This document shows positions 55,763 through 64,000 of a stretch of 64,000 bases of DNA, one piece after another (position 1 is the stretch's first letter; each line of letters starts with the position of its first letter). Origin of the DNA: Epithemia pelagica (taxonomy: Eukaryota > Protista > Bacillariophyta); NCBI GenBank assembly GCA_946965045.2, contig OX337241.1, positions 1,550,001-1,614,000 on the forward strand, given 5' to 3'. The notes below the pieces were generated by a model that was given only the letters and a program-made list of their open reading frames with translations, searched no databases and was not told where the DNA came from. The translations under genes and the position numbers were made by a program.

Positions 55763-56779
55763 TCATCTACGCAATATGAGGATTCGTGTCATAAACAAAC
55801 CAGCCGCCGCAAGACCATACCACGTGAGAGCATATCCGGCATGTACATTGGGACTTGTTTTGAATTCTCCGACATTCGCGGCAGGTGGTGGCAGAGGAAA
55901 GTTGGTAAGCTCGTCCTCGTCCTCTTCTTGTACGACAGTCATGATTTGATTGGATGCTGCCACAAGATTGTTGCTAACAGAACCATTCTGTGGTTGTTGT
56001 TGATGTTGATTGAGGGTGTCGAGATCCATCCAAAAGAGTTCGGGTGGATCCTTGTCCATTTGATGTCCAGCCACCATGAATTTTGGATTTTCGGGAGTGC
56101 TTGCCACGCAAGTTATTGTCCTTGGGCCACTGATTCGATCCCACGTCGGAGGAATCTTTGTAGGTAAGGGTTTCGCCATTTTTGCAGTTGAGGATGCCGA
56201 TGGCGGAGCTTGCTGTGGTTCTTGTCGCTGAGGAGAAGGTTGTTTGTCGTCGTAGACCAAGTAACGAGGAATCCAACCACGATTGACCCAGACAAATGGA
56301 AGATCACTGTCTTGCGTTTGAGAGACTTTGACTTTGCGACGAAATATTCCTCCTTTTTCCGTTTCTGGTTTCGTCTCCTTGTCCAAAAGTTCGAGGGGCG
56401 TCAAGACGAAATATCCGAGAGGTGCTCGTGACATTCCCCCAGCGGCATAACCTGGTTTGTTGGGCAATGCACCCGGTGGTGGTCCTCGAGGACCGACCAA
56501 ACATTCTTTGTCGTACCGAAACCTTCCATGAAATCGAATACGACGAAAGGCTGCACTCTGGTTCGATGTTGTTGTTGTTGTTCTTGTTGTGGAGTGCAGA
56601 AAGTCGGACTGACTCAGTGGTGGTTGGACCAAGGCTTGTTCGCGTTCTGCTACCAAGTCGATCTTTTCAAAGTAGCGTTGTGTTTGCCAAACTCCCAAAC
56701 CAAACGTTCCGGCACACAAGGAACCGAAAAAGCCTTTCCCAGCCATGGAAAGGCCCGCCGATGCCCCCTTTTGTGCCAT
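55763..56779 (-). CDS. SURF1: SURF1/Shy1 cytochrome c oxidase assembly factor
   Basis: TFGLGVWQTQR, FRRIRFHGRF, GYFVLTPL, VNRGWIP, HAGYALTWYGLA. Start uncertain; an upstream exon is possible (donor-like GTAAGT near 56925). Confidence 0.9.
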   Translation of the reverse strand: MAQKGASAGLSMAGKGFFGSLCAGTFGLGVWQTQRYFEKIDLVAEREQALVQPPLSQSDFLHSTTRTTTTTSNQSAAFRRIRFHGRFRYDKECLVGPRGPPPGALPNKPGYAAGGMSRAPLGYFVLTPLELLDKETKPETEKGGIFRRKVKVSQTQDSDLPFVWVNRGWIPRYLVYDDKQPSPQRQEPQQAPPSASSTAKMAKPLPTKIPPTWDRISGPRTITCVASTPENPKFMVAGHQMDKDPPELFWMDLDTLNQHQQQPQNGSVSNNLVAASNQIMTVVQEEDEDELTNFPLPPPAANVGEFKTSPNVHAGYALTWYGLAAAGLFMTRILILRR

Positions 56780-57387
56780 GGTCGTCAGAGGTGGATAGAT
56801 CTTCCGACTTTCGACGCAATTTTTGGATTCAACGGGGCAAGATTCGGGAATGACCCCCCAATTCTCTTCTCCCCCAAACCTTGGTCTTGATCCCGGTCGG
56901 CAGTGGTCCCGCGCCACGTTTACTTACCAAATCCAGTTATTCGTTAACGTCTTCAATCTGGCATGCTTGATATTGATCGCTTGCCCTTCGACGTTCGACG
57001 TGCGTTGGAAGTTGGCACACGCTTTTTCCGATGTCCGCGGCGCTGAGTAGTACATTTGAGATGTGTTCGGGTTTTGCCGTCCATTCCATGCTTCACATTT
57101 TGCACCCATTCCAAATCGTATTACGGCACTCGCAGCGAGGCTGCCGCTTTCGACGAGTCGGTAGAGTTGCCAAGCTGTGTGGGAGTGGGAGTTGTTGACA
57201 ATCTGAAATTTCTCAAGGCAACGAATGGATATATAAATACTCGCATCGTTGTGGTTAAGAGGTGGCGGATCTTGATCTCATCGTTGCGGAGTCTTCCATT
57301 CTTGGTCCTCAAGCATTAAAGATATCCACTGCAGTGAACCTCCCGCTCAGTTGCCATAAAACAGTGCATTGAAGTTTGCGAACCAAG

Positions 57388-59463
57388 ATGTCGACCTCTT
57401 CGACGTCTGTTGCCCAGCAACGAACCTCTTCTTCTTCGTCTTCGAACGACAATGAAGTTTTGAATGACATTGACGACCATCATGACATGGCAGAAGAGGA
57501 GGGCACCGAGAAGTACAACAAGCGCAAACGAATCTGGAAGAGACGATTGAACACTGCCAGTGGGGCACTCAGTTCGTCTACTTTTACTCTTTTGTTCTCG
57601 GTCGTCATCTTTTGCAGCTTGGGATATGTGGCGTTGAATTCGCGCCGACGAGCGAGCTACGAGGAAGCATGGGATCGAATTGAGCGAGCCAAAATGTTGC
57701 TAAACAAACGTCGACATGGCGAAGAAAACGACGAGGATGATCGAGCCGCTCGCCGTCACCATCTTCGAAGGAAATGGGATGATGTTTCACCCCTCCATCG
57801 AGAACCACGACGACGGGAAGAAGGTGGAGGAAATGGTGGTGCCATGTTAGAAAGTCTGACAGATCGCGAATTGCTGGACTTGTTTGAAAGCTCTCGTCCC
57901 AAAGATACTTCGCGTCGACTCCAGCGTTCTCACAAAGATGTCTTGTATCCGACTCTCCGAGAATGGGCCCACCGATTAGACGAGACTGCAAAATCAAACA
58001 AGGCTGGTGGCTTGCGTTGGATTCGTCCCTACTTGTTGCCTCCCATTTCTCACGATGAAGATGACGCAGCGCTGGACCAAGAACTGGTGGCTACACCTGA
58101 TCACAAACATAACGATGAACCAAACGCCTTGTTTCGGGCGTTTCGAGGACATAAGAGCCGTGAAAAGTTTGTATGGAGAAAAGAATGGGAAGAAATGCAA
58201 CAAGGCCAACAGAACCAGATGATCCGTTTCGCCAAGAAAAGTCTTGAACCACCGGTCGACTATACTCAACAGAAGTGGTACGAATATCCTCGTCTCCAAT
58301 CATCTCCACCTGAGGAAGGAGGGTATCCCAAAATGAGTACCTTGTCGCAATTACTACGTGATTGGCCACAGACCGAGGACATTTCCGAGAGTCACAAGAT
58401 CAAGGAAGTCCTGTTGCACTTTAATTTTTCCGATCCAGAGGAACGGGCTATGGCGGAACGATTCCGTGACGCTAGATTGCCTTTCAAGGTATATGATATT
58501 CCCGAGATCAGCTATGTGTCAAAGCTTTGGACGGATGACTATGTGCACAAACAGTTCAATGGAGAAAATGGATTCAGTGATTTGTGGGGTGGTTCGTATA
58601 AGAAGGCCGATGGATTATGTCAAGAATCACCGGACCATTTCTTTGCGTTTTTTGTCCCTCCCATGTGGCAAACGGCCACCATGGGTCTTCCTCCAGTCCG
58701 TAACAATGACATGACTTACAAGGAATGGGCGGATCATGCTCGATATGCAGATGCCAAACCACTGGCTTCTGATCAGCCCCATTATTACTGGCAAGCAGGG
58801 GCACCCGCCAATGAACGATTTGCCCCTCTACACAAACAATCATTTATTTCACGTGACTTGAACTCCACTTTGTCAACCCAAGAGAACAACTTTTTTGTCT
58901 TCAACATTGAGGAGCAAAAAGGTATTCAATGTCGTTTTGGAGAACGCGGAGTGACCGCGGCCACCCACTACGATTCTGGTCAGAATATGATTGCCATGCT
59001 AACAGGAGCCAAGCGGTACATTTTGTCTCCTCCTCGTGCCTGTCCAGAATTGGGTGTGTTTTCGGACCGGAAATCACCCATTTTTCGTCATTCGCTTTTA
59101 AACTTTGATCATTTGGCGTATGTCGATGACACTTCACGAACTGACTGGTTGGGTCAACACATGTCCGAAGCTGAACGTCAATGGTTGCATCGCGCAGGAC
59201 AAGCACCTGCCATTGAAACTGTCTTGAAAGCAGGAGAAGTCTTGTTCTTACCTTCCTTTTGGTTCCACTATATTGTCAGTATTCAAAAATCGGCTCAATG
59301 CAATGCCCGATCGGGTATTGATCGACGCGGCGTCAAGGAATTTGGGAATGTGAAGGATATTGACCAATGTGCAGGTCCCCAGGATGATGATGGTGAGGAT
59401 GAGAACGACGGCGACAAGGAACGCGGACATCGCAGGGGCCGTGAACGAATGCCAGGGTTTTAG
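57388..59463 (+). CDS. Type II membrane JmjC/cupin-8 Fe(II)/2OG-dependent oxygenase
   Basis: N-terminal TM FTLLFSVVIFCSLGYVAL. ATHYDSGQN, GAKRYILSPP, LKAGEVLFLPSFWFH give the HxD...H triad. Confidence 0.85.
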   Translation: MSTSSTSVAQQRTSSSSSSNDNEVLNDIDDHHDMAEEEGTEKYNKRKRIWKRRLNTASGALSSSTFTLLFSVVIFCSLGYVALNSRRRASYEEAWDRIERAKMLLNKRRHGEENDEDDRAARRHHLRRKWDDVSPLHREPRRREEGGGNGGAMLESLTDRELLDLFESSRPKDTSRRLQRSHKDVLYPTLREWAHRLDETAKSNKAGGLRWIRPYLLPPISHDEDDAALDQELVATPDHKHNDEPNALFRAFRGHKSREKFVWRKEWEEMQQGQQNQMIRFAKKSLEPPVDYTQQKWYEYPRLQSSPPEEGGYPKMSTLSQLLRDWPQTEDISESHKIKEVLLHFNFSDPEERAMAERFRDARLPFKVYDIPEISYVSKLWTDDYVHKQFNGENGFSDLWGGSYKKADGLCQESPDHFFAFFVPPMWQTATMGLPPVRNNDMTYKEWADHARYADAKPLASDQPHYYWQAGAPANERFAPLHKQSFISRDLNSTLSTQENNFFVFNIEEQKGIQCRFGERGVTAATHYDSGQNMIAMLTGAKRYILSPPRACPELGVFSDRKSPIFRHSLLNFDHLAYVDDTSRTDWLGQHMSEAERQWLHRAGQAPAIETVLKAGEVLFLPSFWFHYIVSIQKSAQCNARSGIDRRGVKEFGNVKDIDQCAGPQDDDGEDENDGDKERGHRRGRERMPGF

Positions 59464-59577
59464 ACCTTGGACTACCACCATTGCAGGAACAAGTGTATGT
59501 ATGCATGGTACTAAGAAAAGTTAGAACTTAACCTATCTCCATCCCCACAACCAAATCTCTATTTTTAGAAATCTCTG

Positions 59578-60216
59578 TCATAATTCCGATTGAACCATGT
59601 TCACATCATCAAGAGTATTTGTCACCGTATCAACATTCTCCGCTGTCATTTCTCCAGATGCAACTGCCGAAGCAGCAGCCTGAAAGGCCATTTCCGAAGT
59701 GGTTTGCACCACCGTTTCCATCGAGGCCAATCCATCTTGAACTCCTCGGTAAAAGACAAAGGTCAGTAAAATGAATATTATCAAAAGTGCATATCCCAAA
59801 ATCATGGAGAGCCGTTTGTCAAGTGGTTCGATGGCGTAAAATCCTGTGGCCAAGGACAGGGTATATCCCATGCGCGAAAAAATGTTTTGTGTGTTTTGAA
59901 TACAATGTTTGTCCGAATTGGTATCGGTCCATCGTCGCTGTTGTGACGACGATTTAGGAACAAGCTTCTTCTTATTTTGTTGAGGATTTCTGTGAGATGG
60001 GTTCATGGAAGACTTGTTTTGATGTGATTGTTGCTCTTGTTGCTTTGATCGTGGCGCCTGTTGTACCTTGTAATGAGAGATGGTAGAGGGTGGTGGTGTT
60101 TGGTGCGACGAAGCGAGCCGATCATGCTCGGATGAGAGCTTCTTCGAGGTACCGTTGTTGTGACCACCCAATTCGGATGTTTGCTGCGAACTCATATCTG
60201 CCTTTTTGTGTTCCAT
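59578..60216 (-). CDS. Small membrane protein, possible serine palmitoyltransferase small-subunit-like
   Basis: 212-aa ATG ORF. YTLSLATGFYAIEPLDK followed by one TM resembles the ssSPT Y.LVTALYMLEPWER motif. Low-complexity N-terminus. Confidence 0.5.
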   Translation of the reverse strand: MEHKKADMSSQQTSELGGHNNGTSKKLSSEHDRLASSHQTPPPSTISHYKVQQAPRSKQQEQQSHQNKSSMNPSHRNPQQNKKKLVPKSSSQQRRWTDTNSDKHCIQNTQNIFSRMGYTLSLATGFYAIEPLDKRLSMILGYALLIIFILLTFVFYRGVQDGLASMETVVQTTSEMAFQAAASAVASGEMTAENVDTVTNTLDDVNMVQSEL

Positions 60217-60656
60217 TACGGTTGCTGCTCTTTTCTGTTTTCAATCGCAATATCGACGACTCCCAGTATCTCTCTGGACAGTGACAACGTCGACTTGAAA
60301 AATGACAGATCCACGACATCAACAATAATCCTCAGGGGTCAGAACGGATTTGGGAGTAATCTTCAAAATTCGAAAAAAATAGAAGAACGCTGCGAAACAG
60401 TTGTTGATCGTGCATGTAGCATGACATAGCAATTCTAGTTATGTTTGCAGCTTCCATCTCCATCCCATGAAAAAGTGGTTTGAGATCTTTTGCGTGGGAT
60501 TACAGCGACTCTTTATCACATGGGTTTTGATCCTTGATATCCGACATGGACTGAAAGGTCACTTAGCAGGGCGAAAAATGGCACCACTTCCGAAATCTAG
60601 AGAGAGTGGAGGGAATCCCAAAGACAGTGTGGTCTCTTGCACAGCATATGTGCTTA

Positions 60657-62651
60657 CTATTGACGACGCTGCGGTTGGGCCTTAACCGCAACCGATCCTC
60701 CATTAGGTACCACATCAAAATTGGCAATATTGGCTTCCAGTGCGGCTTTTCGTAGCAGCTCGGAAGGCTCCTCGGGTGGTTCTTCTCCCAACGGGAAGCT
60801 ACCGTGGTGAATGGCCACGGATCGGCGACACTGGAGGATTTGGTGAATTTGGACGGCTTCGTACGGATCAATATGCTCGTGACTGTTGACGAATCGCGGT
60901 GCGTAGGCACCAATGGGCAAGGCAGCCAAATCAACGGGACGACCGATGTAATCCGCAATTTGTTCAAACAAGGGAAAATCTCTTGGAAGACCAGTATCAC
61001 CGGCAAAAAAGAATGTTTGGTTATGATCCAGGAACACGGCGAAGGAAGCCCAAAGTCGATAGCAGCGATCAAAGAATGTTCGCACAGACCAATGCTGTGC
61101 AGGACATGCGGTGATCCAGATTTGGTCACGATTCGCTGGATTCTCAATAGCAGGATGTGGTGGCGAGTGGCTTTGCTGATGTTGCTGTCCTTGAAAGTAC
61201 GGGGAAACTTCATTCGATACCAACGAATGTCTTTCGGCAATAGTCCAATAAACGCTTTCTGTGGAAGATTTTTTTGTCCGCCGTAGTAATACCGAATCCC
61301 ACCACGAGAGCTCTAATATTCGTTCGGGTGGAATCTCGGATTTCTCCCGCAACCATCTTCCAATTCCCAAGGGAACGACCCACATACCCACCCTGTCTTG
61401 GAGCTGTAAAACCGAATCCTTGTCCAAATGGTCGTAGTGATCGTGTGATATCAAGCATACATCAATGAAATCAGGAAGATCAGCGATCGAATAGGCCGGT
61501 GGCACATCCCTTGCCACTCCAATGTGTGTCTTTTGCCAGGGCGAGGCACGATTGGAAAAAATCGGATCAGTCAGTATTCTCACGCTGCCTTTTTGAACCA
61601 AGCAAGTAGAATGGCCGATCAAAGTGCATCGGAGAAACGAAGGATCGGTTGCATTCTTTAAGGGTCCCGGCTTTTTCCTTGTCCGCGAGAGCAACGATTC
61701 GTCAATGGTCAACGACGGTTGACTGGAAGGAGCAGCGACAGTCGCTGAGGAGTTCCGTAGAAACGTTGGGAGAAAGAGACCAAGACCATATTGATTCCAC
61801 TCTCTTTGAAGCCGTGTTATTCGCCACTGAAGCAATGTGCCAAACGTACGAACACCATTGGTACTCTGAGACATCCATGGATTGACAAAACGCCCCGTTT
61901 CATCACGCGAAGCAATCGGACGACCAGCGGCGTCAAACCACGATTTCTTGGAATACTCGTGTAATTCTACAGGAACAGTTGAGAAGTTGTAAACTGAATC
62001 GTCAAATTTTCTTGTCGTTGTATGATAGTCTTGTTTCGTTGCCTGTGATTTTCGCTTGACATATCGTAACATTGGTACGAATTGCTTCCCCCGATGTGTT
62101 GATTGCAGTCTCATGGTAAGCCGTTGAGGGGGCGAACTCATACTCCTGAGTCTTCTATTGCCATTTGTTTGACGACTTGGTCGAACAATCTTACAGGTGT
62201 ATATAGCATGTTTTAGAGATCGGACGTGTCGCAAATTTCTTCTTGTAGTTGAGACATTGTTCACACGCTCACTCCTTGAAGTTTGCCTTTCCTGAGAATC
62301 CCAAGTGCTGACCTCCGACTCGAGCGCAGTTATATTGTCTCTCCGTCGTAGTTTGACATGTACGATGCTAGGCTCTTGCACTTCATACATACTCAACTGC
62401 AGTTCAGTCCAAGAGGTCGGCAGGAACAGATAGGATCGTAACTGGCTTCTTCGCAGGTTTTTTCTTCGATCTCTGAAAAGTTCACGTCGCAGATTAAGAG
62501 AATGGCCTCTATGAACCTCTGTCATCTGTGGTGCCGTGAGAGATTCAAATAGACGTAAAGCATGAAAACGCCGAACAATTGCAAAGCCATTGAAGGGAGT
62601 TTCAGTTTGAATCAACCGTGGCGATAAGTGGACTGTTTTCACCCATGACAT
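60657..62651 (-). CDS. NAPEPLD: NAPE-hydrolysing phospholipase D (metallo-beta-lactamase fold) with long N-terminal extension
   Basis: LIGHSTCLVQ, ILTDPIFSNRASP, ISHDHYDHLD, PAQHWSVR, FAGDTG, LPIGAYAP, HIDPYEAVQIH, AIHHGSF. Confidence 0.9.
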   Translation of the reverse strand: MSWVKTVHLSPRLIQTETPFNGFAIVRRFHALRLFESLTAPQMTEVHRGHSLNLRRELFRDRRKNLRRSQLRSYLFLPTSWTELQLSMYEVQEPSIVHVKLRRRDNITALESEVSTWDSQERQTSRSERVNNVSTTRRNLRHVRSLKHAIYTCKIVRPSRQTNGNRRLRSMSSPPQRLTMRLQSTHRGKQFVPMLRYVKRKSQATKQDYHTTTRKFDDSVYNFSTVPVELHEYSKKSWFDAAGRPIASRDETGRFVNPWMSQSTNGVRTFGTLLQWRITRLQREWNQYGLGLFLPTFLRNSSATVAAPSSQPSLTIDESLLSRTRKKPGPLKNATDPSFLRCTLIGHSTCLVQKGSVRILTDPIFSNRASPWQKTHIGVARDVPPAYSIADLPDFIDVCLISHDHYDHLDKDSVLQLQDRVGMWVVPLGIGRWLREKSEIPPERILELSWWDSVLLRRTKKSSTESVYWTIAERHSLVSNEVSPYFQGQQHQQSHSPPHPAIENPANRDQIWITACPAQHWSVRTFFDRCYRLWASFAVFLDHNQTFFFAGDTGLPRDFPLFEQIADYIGRPVDLAALPIGAYAPRFVNSHEHIDPYEAVQIHQILQCRRSVAIHHGSFPLGEEPPEEPSELLRKAALEANIANFDVVPNGGSVAVKAQPQRRQ

Positions 62652-63202
62652 TTGAAACGACAGAACGTTGGAGAGCAGACTAAAATGATTGTTCGTAAGA
62701 CCACGTTGCGGCGACGTTATGATAGCAACCCGTTGATCACATCAGTCTCATGGTTTTTTGTAAAAAAGTGGCGCGAAGGCAAAAAGCTTTCCATCTATGT
62801 ACGCTATCCCAACCGTACAACTCCTCTATCCTCTAGCTAGCTCCATATACTCCTACCAGTAGAGCTGTGCAAGTGGAGCTTGAAGTGGAGAGACGAAGCA
62901 TCAAAAGTTCAGGTAAAGGGCATCGTTTGTACACGCAGAGCGCTATTGAACTTGAGCATTTTGCATTTCTGCTGGTTTGTCATCGTAATCGGAATGAACA
63001 TTGTTGCTTCGTAAGTATGTGGTATTCGAACCTTTCGAATCGACAATGAACTCCTCCATCGTCACAAGTTGGTTTCAACTATCAACCAGTACGAAGCATG
63101 TTTACAATTGGGAGAAAGAAGCAAGTTCCTCACAAGCTTTCCTTTTCTTAGGTAGCCTGCAAAGCAGCGAGAAATCCCGGGAAACTTCATGCATGCGAAC
63201 AG

Positions 63203-64000
63203 CTATGTACGCTTGATCTGACAAAGCTTTGTTTTCATATCTTTCATGGGAACTGGTTTAGTGACCCATTCATTGAACCCGATCTCCTTAAAATCGGTAC
63301 GCCCAACGCTGGCGGTCAAGCCTATTATGGGCAAATCAGTAAAACCCATGGTTCTTAGTCTTCTTGTTGCTTCTATGCCGTCCATTGTTGGCATCTAAGA
63401 AGAAAGTCAAACATGAAAGAAGCTATCCGTCAGATATGCTACAACCCATGGCGTGGCCACATACAGCACAACATAATCGTCAACTCACCTGGATGTCCAT
63501 TAGGCAGCAGTCATAATTTCCGTTCGCGATCATCTCTACAGCTAATTCGCCATTTTCTGCAAAATCACATGTGTGTCCCATACGTTTCAGCATGTGAGCA
63601 ACCAACTTTTGGTTGACCTTGTTGTCTTCAGCAACTAGAATGTTAAGAGTGTCAGGATCACCTCTGCACTTGAGTTGTCCTCTTTCACCACCATGGGCGT
63701 TTCGGCGGGTACTGTAAACCAAAACGAGGAGCCTTTACCCAACTCGCTATCAACGCCGATGGACCCTCCCATACCTTCAACTAACAGTTGGCAGATCGAT
63801 AAACCCAACCCAGTTCCGCCATACTGACGGGCCACAGCGGCATTGGCTTGCTGGTATTTCCGAAATATGACTTGTTTCTCTTCCTCTGCCATCCCAGAGC
63901 CTGTGTCCTTAACTTCAAATCTCACCATGGGTTTTCCTTGTTGCAACGCAAATGCATGAACGCTTATTCCACCAGCGGATGTGAACTTTACAGCATTGGA
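63203..64000 (-). CDS. Hybrid histidine kinase, 3' part (HATPase_c + receiver), 5'-truncated by window; intron 63395-63488; 1-nt frameshift near 63660
   Basis: N box NAVKFT, G1 VKDTGSG, G2 YGGTGLGLSI, GSSFWF. Receiver ILVAEDN...LMDIQ|MPTMDG...IIGLTA...KP. Confidence 0.85.

Overview
Eukaryotic, gene-dense window with short GT-AG introns. The likely source is a diatom, inferred from CoDi-type copia elements, bipartite plastid presequences, PSxxPS stalks and RxL motifs. About 15 host genes flank a 22.7-kb nest of three Ty1/copia LTR retrotransposons, all on the minus strand. Outer element A (21557-44228) has 146-bp identical LTRs with non-canonical TA...TA ends and a 4-bp TSD GTAT, and is decayed. 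It carries two younger related elements: B (23710-32097, TSD CTTCC, disabled pol) and C (35591-43910, TSD CCTGC, intact 1893-aa gag-pol). The best novelty candidates are in this nest. (i) B and C share an extra ~255-aa ORF upstream of gag. (ii) A 283-bp spacer between that ORF and gag is ~99% identical while flanking sequence is diverged. (iii) The primer-binding sites read as tRNA anticodon arms (Asn for B/C, Ile for A), implying half-tRNA priming by non-Met tRNAs. (iv) Two in-frame UGA stops in A both open a UGAGCG...CGCUCA stem. Host highlights are a SHAQKYF-Myb/ankyrin/HDAC fusion, tandem Reeler-stalk-TM-PDZ receptors, a GST-like-domain ArgRS, an MDR dehydrogenase lacking the structural Zn site, two TIR non-autonomous elements, and a frameshifted hybrid histidine kinase at the right edge. 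All alignments, counts and domain calls were made by eye without database searches.
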